Shown here piece after piece: positions 35,292 to 47,920 of a stretch of 64,000 bases of DNA. The stretch is from assembly GCF_009914755.1 (NCBI RefSeq), contig NC_060925.1, one strand, 5' to 3'. The position numbers and the translations under genes are program-made. Source of the DNA: the human T2T-CHM13v2.0 reference genome, Homo sapiens. The stretch's first letter is position 1. Each line of letters begins with the position of its first letter. Below the pieces are notes generated by a model. It saw nothing but the letters and a program-made list of their open reading frames with translations, was not told the DNA's origin and did no database searches.

Positions 35292-37430
35292 GTGAGGGAC
35301 CCCTTTCTCTTCTAGCCCCGCCTAGAAGGATTCCAGGGCTATTGGTTCAACCAGTTTGTTAGGGATCTGGGGATAACAAGAAAGGGCTCTGTTAGAGTCT
35401 ACAGAAAATTCTCTCTTAATAAGAGGACCTTCGGAATGACAAGCCCTCCTCTTACCCCACATAGAACAATTCCAAAGCAAATCGACTTTTGCGTTTTACC
35501 TCTGGGATTAGATAGAATAAGGGGGCAGAGTGGAAACGAGAGCCAAAATTGTGGGGCTGCATCTCCAGAGAAGGTGATGATTCTGTTGAAGTTGGAGGTT
35601 CCCGGGGAATCTATAACTTCCTGTCTTTTTAACAGGTTGAGATCCGTAGCATTTTAGTGTCCGAGAGGATAATTGCTAAGGGAGCAGAGACCTCTTCACA
35701 CCTTCATGCGCTTAGACCTGCCTAGAGGCTCAGATGGCTCAGTGGCACTGCTCACAGAGAACACAGGCTGGAGGACATGGAGTCGGGGTAGGGGCCTAGG
35801 TGAATCTCAGCTAGGCTCTTTGCACATTTAGCACCTCTGCACATCTGGTTTCCTTTTCTGCAGGAGTGGAAGGGGATATTGAAGCCTGGCTGAGTTTGCT
35901 CTTTTTTTCCCATTCCTGACTCCCGAGTTGGGCCTCTCCCTGCCTGGGAGTTGTAACCCTGCAGCCTCCCTCCTGATCCCCCATCCCTTCAGGAACGGCT
36001 GGCCCAGTGCCAGGACCAGAGTAGTCGGCATGCTGCTGAGCTGCGGGACTTCAAGAACAAGATGCTGCCACTGCTGGAGGTGGCAGAGAAGGAGCGGGAG
36101 GCACTCAGAACTGAGGCCGACACCATCTCCGGGAGAGTGGATCGTCTGGAGCGGGAGGTAGACTATCTGGAGACCCAGAACCCAGCTCTGCCCTGTGTAG
36201 AGTTTGATGAGAAGGTGACTGGAGGCCCTGGGACCAAAGGCAAGGGAAGAAGGAATGAGAAGTACGATATGGTGACAGGTAAATAATCTGAAAGCAGGCC
36301 CCTAACTCTTCTCAGAACCGATATTCTTCCTTCCTTGCTTCTTACTCTTTTTTTCGCTTTGTCCCAGTCCATTGTGGCTCTGTCTTCTGGAATCTGTTTT
36401 AGGGAAACCTCTGTAATGCCAGGTCTATTAAGGAGAGGTTCTGGGGATCCAGGCCGCTGTGGTACCCGCTCTTTCTCAATTCTCCCTAAGATTGGAGGCA
36501 ACCACTGGGCAAATGCTCACTATTCTCCAGATCACCCACCCTGGGGGAGTTCCTGCTGGAGGCATCTAATTCTTGCCTCTATTTCCTTTTCCTGTGCTTT
36601 TCTCATCAGACTGTGGCTACACAATCTCTCAAGTGAGATCAATGAAGATTCTGAAGCGATTTGGTGGCCCAGCTGGTCTATGGACCAAGGATCCACTGGG
36701 GCAAACAGAGAAGATCTACGTGTTAGATGGGACACAGAATGACACAGCCTTTGTCTTCCCAAGGCTGCGTGACTTCACCCTTGCCATGGCTGCCCGGAAA
36801 GCTTCCCGAGTCCGGGTGCCCTTCCCCTGGGTAGGCACAGGGCAGCTGGTATATGGTGGCTTTCTTTATTTTGCTCGGAGGCCTCCTGGAAGACCTGGTG
36901 GAGGTGGTGAGATGGAGAACACTTTGCAGCTAATCAAATTCCACCTGGCAAACCGAACAGTGGTGGACAGCTCAGTATTCCCAGCAGAGGGGCTGATCCC
37001 CCCCTACGGCTTGACAGCAGACACCTACATCGACCTGGCAGCTGATGAGGAAGGTCTTTGGGCTGTCTATGCCACCCGGGAGGATGACAGGCACTTGTGT
37101 CTGGCCAAGTTAGATCCACAGACACTGGACACAGAGCAGCAGTGGGACACACCATGTCCCAGAGAGAATGCTGAGGCTGCCTTTGTCATCTGTGGGACCC
37201 TCTATGTCGTCTATAACACCCGTCCTGCCAGTCGGGCCCGCATCCAGTGCTCCTTTGATGCCAGCGGCACCCTGACCCCTGAACGGGCAGCACTCCCTTA
37301 TTTTCCCCGCAGATATGGTGCCCATGCCAGCCTCCGCTATAACCCCCGAGAACGCCAGCTCTATGCCTGGGATGATGGCTACCAGATTGTCTATAAGCTG
37401 GAGATGAGGAAGAAAGAGGAGGAGGTTTGA
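35178..37430 (+). CDS. OLFML3: Olfactomedin-like protein 3, 406 aa, join(35178-35291,35993-36278,36610-37430)
   Basis: Kozak GCTGCCATGG; signal peptide MGPSTPLLILFLLSWSGPLQG; coiled-coil exon 2; olfactomedin domain in exon 3 (TYIDLAADEEGLWAVY, LRYNPRERQLYAWDDG); 114+286+821=1221 nt. Confidence 0.97.
35993..36278 (+). CDS. OLFML3: OLFML3 exon 2 (coiled coil)
   Basis: cttcag|GAA CGG ... ACA G|gtaaat; 286 nt. Confidence 0.95.
36610..37430 (+). CDS. OLFML3: OLFML3 exon 3 coding part (olfactomedin domain)
   Basis: catcag|AC TGT GGC ... GTT TGA; ORF 36573..37430. Confidence 0.97.
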
Positions 37431-37892
37431 GGAGCTAGCCTTGTTTTTTGCATCTTTCTCACTCCCATACATTTATATTATATCCCCACTAAATTTCTTG
37501 TTCCTCATTCTTCAAATGTGGGCCAGTTGTGGCTCAAATCCTCTATATTTTTAGCCAATGGCAATCAAATTCTTTCAGCTCCTTTGTTTCATACGGAACT
37601 CCAGATCCTGAGTAATCCTTTTAGAGCCCGAAGAGTCAAAACCCTCAATGTTCCCTCCTGCTCTCCTGCCCCATGTCAACAAATTTCAGGCTAAGGATGC
37701 CCCAGACCCAGGGCTCTAACCTTGTATGCGGGCAGGCCCAGGGAGCAGGCAGCAGTGTTCTTCCCCTCAGAGTGACTTGGGGAGGGAGAAATAGGAGGAG
37801 ACGTCCAGCTCTGTCCTCTCTTCCTCACTCCTCCCTTCAGTGTCCTGAGGAACAGGACTTTCTCCACATTGTTTTGTATTGCAACATTTTGC

Positions 37893-37898
37893 ATTAAA
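37893..37898 (+). terminator. OLFML3 polyadenylation signal
   Basis: ATTAAA ~460 nt after the stop, followed by a GT/T-rich downstream element (ctgtgtttgtttgg). Confidence 0.7.
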
Positions 37899-39369
37899 AG
37901 GAAAATCCACTGCTCCTCTCCTGTGTTTGTTTGGGGTAGCCCTCAGATCAAACTTCCCCCTGACCATCCAGTTTCTCCCTCCCAACCCATCCCCACTCCT
38001 TGAGCCATATTAAAGACTTGGGCGGGGCTCCCTTTGCTGAGGAAGAGTTTACTGTGAGGCGCCTGGGGGAGGTGGCAGAATCCCGCCACTTTAGGAGGCT
38101 GGACGAAAGGCCTCCTTCCACACCCACCGCCATCCACAGCAGCCAATCCACAGCAGCCATCCTAGAACCTCAGTGGCACCGTGCCTCTGGCTGTGAGACA
38201 CTGGGGCCCAGGGCAGAGATTCCAGTTCCGATTCTCAGAGGATTTTGAACTACAAAATGCATGTTAGTTGCATTGCATTCTAGTGTGGAAACCAGAGCCC
38301 TGAATGCCTGTGTTTTTAGTAAGAACTGAAGTCTCCCCTCTAAAGTGGACTCTGCCCCGCACCCCAGACCTCCACTCCCACCTCCAGCGTTGTGCTCCTG
38401 CAGGGCCAGGTTGCACAATCATTCTTGGTCTGGACCGCTCTGATTTTCCTGCTGCCACGGCGTCTGCGGTTTGTGCAGGGAGGAGGGGCAGTGACCGTGT
38501 CCCAGATGTTGGCCTTACACGGTCTGCAGCCTATTCTTGCTTTCCTTTTCTCCACTCTCATCACCCTCACCTACCCACTCCAGCCCTGAACCTGGCTGAA
38601 GCCCGTCAGGACTTCTGGAAACTTAACCCTCTCTGGCCCATACCCTGGCCTCTGGCGTTGGATTGCAGAGCGTAATGTGGGGAAGAGGGAAGGGAGAAGG
38701 GAGAGGAGGAGGAAGGCTCCAGGCTTTGGACTCCAGTCTCCAGGAATCTGCTGATTTCTGCACCAGGCCCCCACCCCAGCCTCACCCTCACTGCTGCATG
38801 CTCAGCTCGCAGGGGCAAGGCTGGCTGATGGGCAGGATCCACTGCTTTCATGAGGAGTCCACCTCAGGCATGCCTGGGGGTCCTCTTGGTTATTTGCTCT
38901 AGCCAAGTGCGGGAAGGGGGCACAGCCTTCTCCCCAAAGCACAGCCCTCCTTCCCGCCCCAGGTGGGGTGGCTCAGTCAGGGCCCTGTGAGCCTCCCTTT
39001 ATCTTCTTTTCTTTTCTCCTCAGGCAGAGCTGCTCCAGACGTAGGTTGATGAGGATGGGGAAAGAAAGACAGTGAAGCACCTCAGAAAGGCGCTATTATA
39101 GGGAGACCGGGGCGGGCAGGGGCTCTCTCCCATTGAATTCTCTCCTAATGTGGGGCTGGCAACAGTAATCACCACCTGTCAGCCCACGGAAGGGTCTGCC
39201 CACAGAACAGCTGGCTGCGGCACACGTGGTGCACAGGGAGGGGTTGAGGGGGAAGGGCATTCTGAGCACAGGCCTGGAGAATGGGGTCTGGGCCACACGG
39301 CTGGCAGAGCAGTGTGGGGACTGTGGGTGCCCCATGTGGAAGGGGAGCTTGTCTGCTCCCTAGCGTGAC

Positions 39370-39396
39370 TGTGTGTGTGTGTGTGTGTGTGTGTGT
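39370..39396. repeat. (GT)n microsatellite
   Basis: ~13 GT units. Confidence 0.9.
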
Positions 39397-39653
39397 TGGG
39401 GGTGGGAGGTGCCTGTGTGTGGCAGAGGTGCTTGTCTGCTCCCTAGTGTGACTGCGTATGTGTACGTGTATGTGTATATGTGCCTGCATGTGGCAGGGGA
39501 GCTTGTCTGCTAGCTTGTGTGGCTGTATGAGTGTGTGATAGGAGGCTGTAGGGTCAGGCCGTGTCTCTGGAGTTACCTTGTTAGAGCACCAAACACCAGG
39601 AGCGGCTCTGATGCCCTTGATGAGAGCATAACCTGAGACTCCGTGTGTATAAG

Positions 39654-39661
39654 TGACGTCA
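39654..39661. promoter_or_regulatory. Full CRE palindrome TGACGTCA
   Basis: Exact 8-mer match in unique sequence; function untested. Confidence 0.4.
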
Positions 39662-41260
39662 AGGAATATGTATTTGAAGTACATTCTTAACGCCTTATTA
39701 CTTCCATGAAAATCAGGTAACCAGGTTCTTCCGCGTTGCATGTGTGTGCTTGTCTTTGTGGCATCTATCTTTGCCTGATTCCTCCTCCATGAGAAAGAAA
39801 AAAAGCATATCTTTTTTTGGCTTACAATTTCTGTGGAAAAGTTCATTCAGGCTTTTCTGAAAGGGCAGAAATCTCTGGGGCCTTGTCGTTTATTACTTTT
39901 CTCTTCCTTCTTTTTGGCTCCTGTGCAACAGCTAGTGCTATTTTGGAAGCATTATGGAAGGTGAGTAGAACTGTGTGGGCAGATCCAGTGAACTGTCCAA
40001 ATTCATTAAACTAAATTATCTGCTGCTCCAGGAGACAGCACCGGTAGCTAAATCCTATCATCCACAAGTAGCCTCAGACCCCCATCAGACCCTCCACAAC
40101 CCATCACTTGGCAGAAATAGGTTATGACCTCTGATTTTGTTGAACAAAAGACAGTGGAAGGCAAAGGGCCTAGTAGAGGAGAGAGGGGTTAAAAGCCCAA
40201 AGAGAAGTCCCACATATGCCCCAGTGCCTAGCCATTGGGTGGTACAGTAAACACCCAAGGATGGGGATGTGGGAAGGGCACCAAGAACCAGGAGGGGCTG
40301 CTGTGGTGGAGGCAGCTGTCTGCTAGGTCTTAGGTCCAGATGTTGCTTCTCCATCACAAGGCAGTATTGAGAGGGCTCCCCCAAGGCAGTATTGAGAGGG
40401 CTCCCCTCTCCGCCACACTGGGCCTCAGGGTTTCCTGCTTTACTTCCTAAGCTCCCCTCCTTGTTCTCAATATCCTCTCTTCTCCAATGCTGGTCTTAGT
40501 ATCTGCCTGCCAGCGAATCCAAAGTGTTTGTCTTGTTCATTTTAATCAAGGAAGCTGAGCCGGTGTTGTGAGCGCCCTGGATGGTGGAGAGGGACAGGGC
40601 AGAGATGGACAGGAAGAAGTTGTTGATTCAGCTGTCAATGTTTCCTCTGGGATGGGCTCTGAGCTAAACAGAAACCAAGCCCTCCTTTTCCTCCTCCTCC
40701 AGTCTCAGATTTTCTGGGCCTCTTCTCATCTCTCCTTGAACAGGCACCCCTTCCCCAAGGCTCCTGGGGGCATCCCCTTCCACTGCTCCCCACTCCTCTA
40801 CCTGGTTTAGAGGAAAGCATGCCCATTTTGAGAGCTGCTGAGACTGTCCTGGTATTTCTCAGGGCCTTCAGGATAGGTCTCTTCAGGGCCTGCCACCCAG
40901 CCTCTCTGTGTCTGCCTTTGCAGTTTAGTGTGGTCTGTGGTCCAGGAGAACTTTTCTATTTCTCCGGCTGGAAAGTAGGGTCTGTCCTGTGGCCTTAGCT
41001 CCTGTTAGCAGCTGTGGCCTCTGCAGGCCCTGTGGACCCCTCAGCCTGGCTGGTGAGCTTTCCTTTGCCTGGTCTTTAACTTCTGCTTTTACAATGCAGA
41101 GCTTAAAAGAGTAAAGCTTTATTTCTGGATTTAATAACTCCACAGAATTATAAATGTGGAAGCCTATGTATTACTTTAAAGGGCAGAGTGAGAAGTGAAA
41201 ATGCAAAACTCTCAGCACCATCTCCCCAGAACTTGGGTTCTGACCATACCTCTCCAGGAC

Positions 41261-41772
41261 TGCCAAGACCAACTCGGTTGGAGAGACCCTAACCCAGCAG
41301 CGCTAGAGGAATTAAAGACACACACACAGAAATATAGAGGTGTGGAGTGGGAAACCAGGGGTCTCACAGCCTTCAGAGCTGAGAGCCTCAAACAGAGATT
41401 TACCCACATATTTATTAACAGCAAGCCAGTGATTAGCATTGCTTCTATAGATTATAGATTAACTAAAAGTATTCCTTATGGGCAACAAAAGGATAGGCAG
41501 AAATAAAAGGATGGGTTGGGCTAGTTATCTGCAGCAGGAGCATGTCCTTAATGCACAGATCACTCATGCTATTGTTTGCGGTTTAAGAAGGACTTTAAGC
41601 GGTTTTCCGCCCTGGGTGGGCCAGGTGTTCCTTGCCCTCATTTTGGTAAACCCACAACCTTCCAGCATGGGCGTCATGGCCATCACGAACATGTCACAGT
41701 GCTGCAGAGATTTTGTTTATGGCCAGTTTTGGGGCCAGTTTATGGCCAGATTTTGGGGGCCTGTTCCCAACA
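41261..41772 (-). mobile_element. MER9 solo LTR (ERVK / HML-3)
   Basis: Minus strand begins TGTTGGGAACAGGCCCCCAAAATCTGGCCATAAACTGGCCCC; TG...CA ends; 512 bp; perfect 6-bp TSD CAGGAC (41255-41260, 41773-41778). Confidence 0.9.
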
Positions 41773-42257
41773 CAGGACAGTCCTGCATGACCTCTGGGGG
41801 TCTATCCAGCTTACATTCCCCCTTCTCTGAGATGAGACAACTTTACTCCCTGGCCATAGCAGTATGCCCAGAAGGGAACACATCAGACTCCCTCCTGGGG
41901 AGTTAGAATTGCAGGTCAGAGATATTAGATCTTAGGAAGTGTTTGGAGGCATCTTTGCCCTGCTACCCAGAGGCAATGAAAGCCCACTGGAGGGGAAAGG
42001 ACGAGGTGGACCCCAGGGAGAAGCCAGGGCAGAAGGGAGGAAGCAGCTGACCTGGGCCTGTGTTCCTGCCCAGTCCCCAGCCATCAATCCTGAGGTCACG
42101 GCACACTTCTGGCTCTTGGGTTCTGCAAGGTGCCTATAAGTTAATATGAGTGGATTTCTGTTTCCCAAAACCCAAAGGCGGCTCCTCATCTTTACCTTCC
42201 CACCAAAAAAATCCCCTGTCTGCTGGACTGCTAGGCAAATGGCCTTGGCCCCATAGT

Positions 42258-42478
42258 CAGGGGTGTTCAATCTTTTGGCTTCCCTGGGTCACATTGGAAG
42301 AAAAATTGTCTTGGACCACACATAAAGTACACTAAGGATAGCTGATGACCTAAAAAAAAAAAAAATCGCAAAAAAAAACCTCATGATGTTTTAAGAAAGT
42401 TTACCAATTTGTGTTGGGCTGCATTCAAAGCCATCCTGGGCCACATGTGGCCCACAGGCCAGGGGTTGGACAAGCTTG
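42258..42478. mobile_element. MER30-like hAT-Charlie MITE
   Basis: caggggtgttcaatcttttggcttccctggg ... ggggttggacaagcttg. Confidence 0.75.
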
Positions 42479-43237
42479 CCGTAGAGTGCTCTTCCCTGCA
42501 CATGACCCAGAAGACTCACTAGAATAATGAAAGAATCTCCCCAAAGCCTGGCCCACATCATTCTACCGAGGCTCACTCAAGTCACACCTCCTCCACGACA
42601 CCTTCCAGACGACCTGGTCAGTTCCACATTCCTGTTCTGTTCATTCATGGTCTGCCGTCTCACCCCATCAGAGCCTGTAGCACAGTGTTCTCAGAGGCAA
42701 ACTTATGTATTAGAAAGAGCATCAACTTTGGGGTCAGAGCCCCTGGGATCAGAGTCTGGCTCTGCCACTTACCAAAGTTACTTAAGGCCTCATCTATAAA
42801 ATAATATCTACCCAATAGGATTGTTGCTGTGAGGATTAAGGATGAAATACGCAGATTCTTTAGTAGTGCATGCAATCAGTGTGTGGTAGCTCTGAAACCC
42901 CACTTCCTTTGAGAGGATTTTCTGGCCCTTTCTACTGCCAACCACACATGTCAGGACCCTTTGCTATGGGCCCCTGTTCACCCCTGGGCATAGCCCACTT
43001 GGAGCCTGTAATGTGCTGCGCTGTTTGCTCATGTTTGTGTCCCCAGGGTTTAACACAGAGCCTGACTCATAACTACTTGTTGAATGTATAAACGCTATAT
43101 ATATCCATGCTTCTCCATCAGGCTGTGAACCCTGGGAACCCTGAGCATGTTTGTCTCCTAACTCAGGACCTAGCTCGGGAGTGGCACATTGCTAGCAAGC
43201 AGTACATGTTCTTGGTGGCATTTTTCAAGTCAGTTGG

Positions 43238-43581
43238 TGTATTAGTCTGTTCTCACGCTGCTAATAAAGACATACCTGAGACAGGGTAATTTATAAAGGA
43301 AGGGGGTTTAATTGACTCGCAGTTCCACATGGCTGAGGAGGCCTCACAATCATGGCAGAAGAGTAAGGGACGTCTTACATGGAGGCAGGCAAGAAATTTG
43401 TGCAGGGGAACTCACATTTATAAAACCATCATATCTCATGAGACTTACTCATTCCCACAAGAACAGTATGCGGGAAATCATGCCCATGATTCAATTATCT
43501 CCACCTGGCCCCACCCTTGACACATGGGGATTATTACAATTCAAGGTGAGATTTGGGTGGGGACACAGCCAAACCATATCA
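43238..43581 (-). mobile_element. THE1 (B/C-like) MaLR solo LTR
   Basis: tgtattagtctgttctcacgctgctaataaagacatacc ... ccaaaccatatca; 5-bp TSD GTTGG. Confidence 0.9.
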
Positions 43582-43972
43582 GTTGGACAAAGACAAGCTA
43601 CAGATAAAAACTGAAAACAGTCGTCTTTCAATTGCAGAAGGCATTGGCCTTCCCACATGATTCCAGTTCAAACATCTAAGGAGAAACTCAAGCTAGGCCA
43701 GCACCTTTATGCCCTGAGGCCACAGGGGAGGAGGGTAATAAAGCTGCAGGAGGTAGCGGAAGACCTAGGTGTTCAGCACCGGTTCATAGCAAGGGTCCTG
43801 GAGTAGTTGAACCTGTGTTCGCACCCCAGCCTGGTCACTTGCCAGAGTGTGATGTGGTGCAAGTTACTCCACCTCTTCGAGCCTGGTTTCTTCATCTGTG
43901 AAATGGATTTAATAGTACTCACTTCAGGGATTGCTGTGAGCATTAAATGAAATAATCTCTATAAAGCAGTGA

Positions 43973-44316
<344 letters not shown>

Positions 44317-44661
44317 TATATTATTATTATTATTGTTACTAATGTCATCATCATTGCATAAGTCTTTTCAGTTAGCAAAGTGCTCTCATATATTTTCTCT
44401 CCTTTGATCTGCACAATAATCCCATGAGATAAGCAGGTGTCAGAAACCTGAGGATTATAGAGATGAAATGATTCCTCTAAGGCCACATAACTGATAAGTG
44501 TTGGAGCTGGAACCTATGCTACGGAGGCTGTGTGGAGGAGAGTGAAGAGCTGGAGCTCTGAACTCAAGTTGCCTTCAAATCCTTGCTCTGCCACTTGCTA
44601 GCAATGTAATCCTGTGCAACCATGCCCTATCTCAGAGACTTGTGAGGAATGGGTGAGCTAG

Positions 44662-45039
44662 TGTATTAGTCCATTCTTACACTGCTATAAAGAACTGCCT
44701 GAGACTGGGCAATGGAAGAAAAGAGGTTTAATTGACTCACAGTTTCCCAGGCTGTACAGGAAGCATGGCTAGGAGGCCTCCAGAAACTTACACTCATGGC
44801 AGAAGGGTGAAGGGGAAGCAGGCAAGTCTCACATGGCTAGCAAGAGGAAGAGAGAGCCAAGGGGGATGTGCTACACACTTTTAAACAACCAGATCTCATG
44901 AGAACTCACTCACTCTCATGAGAATAGCAAGGAGGAAATCTGCCCCCATGACCCAATCACCTCCCACCAGGTCTTCCCCCAACACTGGGGATTACAATTC
45001 ACATGAGATTTGGGTAGGGACCAGAGCCAAATCATATCA
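44662..45039 (-). mobile_element. MST/THE1D-type MaLR solo LTR
   Basis: tgtattagtccattcttacactgctataaag ... catatca; 5-bp TSD GCTAG. Confidence 0.88.
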
Positions 45040-45124
45040 GCTAGTGTTTATAAAATATCTAGCAGAGCATCTAGAAGAATAGATGTTCAATAAATATTCA
45101 TTCCTAGGCCCATGACTCTTGCTA

Positions 45125-45280
45125 TTTTATTTTTTGGGGGCAGGAGGACAGGTTCTCACTCTGTCACCCAGGTTGAAGTGAGATCTCAGGTCACTGCAAC
45201 CTCTGCCTCCCAGGCTCAAGTGATCCTCCCACTTCAGCTGGGACCATAGGCACACGCCACCACACCTGGCTAATTTGACT
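45125..45280 (-). mobile_element. Alu monomer / partial Alu
   Basis: ctgtcacccaggtt...cactgcaacctctgcctcccaggctcaagtgatcctccc. Confidence 0.75.
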
Positions 45281-45559
45281 TTTGCTATCTTGATGTGGAA
45301 CAGCATGCCAGTGATCATCTCTGCTAGGCATTATAAACCATTTATCCTGACCCAGTGGCCCTTCTGCTCCTTCCTTCTCCATTTGTACACTGTTCTGTAG
45401 GAAGACGTGGCACCTTTTTCCCACCACAGATCTCTGTGTTATCAGTAACAGCAGGGTTGACAGGTGCCTTGCACTAGCCATGAGGGAAGAAAGTAAGGTG
45501 CACTGACACATCCTCCTTTTCTCTGTGCCTGGACCGCCTCTCCCAGCAGTGATATTGAT

Positions 45560-45581
45560 ATGTGTGTGTGTGTGTGTGTGT

Positions 45582-45620
<39 letters not shown>

Positions 45621-45624
45621 GAGA
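45560..45624. repeat. Compound (GT)n(GA)n microsatellite
   Basis: Directly visible. Confidence 0.9.
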
Positions 45625-47787
45625 CATTGTGCTCCAAAGCTACATTTTTCCTTCGATCACATTTTCTCTCAAAGATATTTTAGTTTTTCAGCCTGTGTCC
45701 CTAAAATTCATCATTACTAACTTTTTGGACTTACCTTACTGTGGATTTTGGCAGATCCTTTGGTGCCATTTTGCTGCACTTCATCTTATGGGTGTTTATT
45801 ACTGTCCAATTTCACATAATTTTGGTTTTGTAGCTGGTGAATTTTGTGTTCCAGACCTGTAAATCCATGCAGTTGTCAAATGCATGAGCTGTTCTCTATC
45901 TATTCTTATTGTGCTTTCTTGGGGAAGGAAGATAGTGTGGAAAGAGCACAGGTGGGAGTAAGATGAACTTTCCATTCCTATGTAATTTGTCCATGTGCTC
46001 AGTGTCCTGTCTCTGCTCCTCATTGACCGTGTGACATTGAACCAGATGCTAATCCCTCTGTGCCTCAGTTTGCTCATTTGCAAAACAGGATTTTATTATC
46101 TGGATTATCATCACCCACGATCATTGCAGTTCAAGCCCTAATGCATAAAGCATTCAGAACTTCTAGCAAGGACTCTTAGGAATCATGTCCTTTGGCTTCC
46201 TCTTCTTATAATGGGAGAAACTGAAGCTCAGAGAGCGTTTTGAGGGCAGGGACCATGCCTTATCCATCTTTCTATCCCCAGGATCCAGACACAGTCTGGT
46301 GCATACTGGGTGTCCAACAGATATTTTGTAAATGAGTTGTGTGACCAGCTCCCAGTGACATATTTGTGATTTAGCCCCCTTGATGACTCAGAGTGATTAT
46401 CCACATCAATCACTACACTGTGCATCCTGCCAGGATGGCTTCAGAACCAATTATGTTATATAGAATGTGGCTGTTATGCTTTTCTACTTATGTTTCCTGC
46501 TCTCTTCTCCCTCACTGTCAGCTGTCAGTTCTCCCCGTAGCCACTGGATCCACTTTAAGAAATCTCTGTCACTGTTTTGAATGGGTATCCACTGTAGTCT
46601 GGGGCAGAATAGGAGTAAAAGGACTTTGAAAGATTTCAAGTTTGGCGCACATAGAAGGTACCTTTATTGGAGTCACAAGGATTATGGCGGAGTAGACCAC
46701 AGACTAGAAGCATTGACTATTTTAAGCTGGAAGAGGCCTCACAGTCATCTGATCTGACCTCTTGAAGTCATGCAACTATATCCTAACTCATGCCCCTGTC
46801 CAGTTCCTTCTAAGCATGGTGTTAGTTTCCTCAGTGACTTATGAAGCAGGTGCATGTTTTATGCGGGTAATGGTTGAGAAAGTCATGGTTCCACCCCTTG
46901 GAATTTCTACCCAATGATCTGGATTCTTAAGCAATTTTCCTCTCAGCACAGAGGAGGTAAACATACGTAGATGTGAGTTTCTCCTCTGATTGCTAATTAT
47001 GACCTAGCAACTTCCCTCCTTTTCTCCTCTATGTTCTCTCTAGCCCTTTTCAGTCCTGATTGAGGTGAAATATTTTTTTACAGCCATATATTACTTAGAG
47101 TTCTAGGGGAAACTCTAAAAATGTAAACTGAAAACACTCAAGGATAATTAAGTAGGGGAGGGGTGACAGAGAGAAATGGTAATTCTATCACTGGATTTCA
47201 AGTTGAGATAAGAGTAATTCCATTTAAACCAAACTTCAATATTCACTTGAAAGCCTGTAAATTTCAAGTTTATTAGCCATAAATTGTGATTTATGTCCTG
47301 TGGGTTTTTAATGAGGGCAAATGAGGCAGAGAAATGCTCTTATTGATTCATGGTCTGGAAAGGATCTGGCTGGCTTATGCTCTCTTTGAGGGCCATGTAG
47401 TTGAAGGGCATGGAGCAGAGGTCCAAGGTTCAAGTTGCAGTTCAGCTATTTTCTGCTTGTGTGATCTCAGTTTCCTCATCTGTAAGATAGCAATGATATT
47501 AATATCTCCCTCACGGGGCGGTGCGATGAGTAAATGAGATGATGCGTGTGAATGTGGTTTGTAAATCGTAAGCTACCCAAATGCCAGCTGCTCTCATTAT
47601 TGATTTAATACCTAGCATTCAGTGTCTAGTGTCTGTGCTGAGTTTTGGGCAGTCAAGGAATGGGACTGGCCAGCAGCCTGTCTGGCAAGGAAAAGCAGAA
47701 AGATGTGTGCAAAAGAAAAGTCTTCCTCCTTTCTCACAGGTAAACACCATCCTTAAGTTAATATTATTCCCACGACTTTTTAAAATT

Positions 47788-47920
47788 TTATTTATTTTAT
47801 TTTTTATTTAAGACTGGGCCTCTCTATGTTGCCCAGGCTGGTCTCAAACTCCTGACTCAAGCAATCCCCTTCAGCCTCCCAAAGTGCTGGCATTACAAGC
47901 ATGAGCCACCGGGCTCAGCC
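47788..47920 (-). mobile_element. FLAM / Alu monomer
   Basis: ttgcccaggctggtctcaaactcctg...aaagtgctggcattacaagcatgagccacc. Confidence 0.75.

Noticed and set aside
39169-39846. 225-aa minus-strand ORF
   Set aside because: Kept open by the (GT)n tracts (HTHTHT); no protein-like features.
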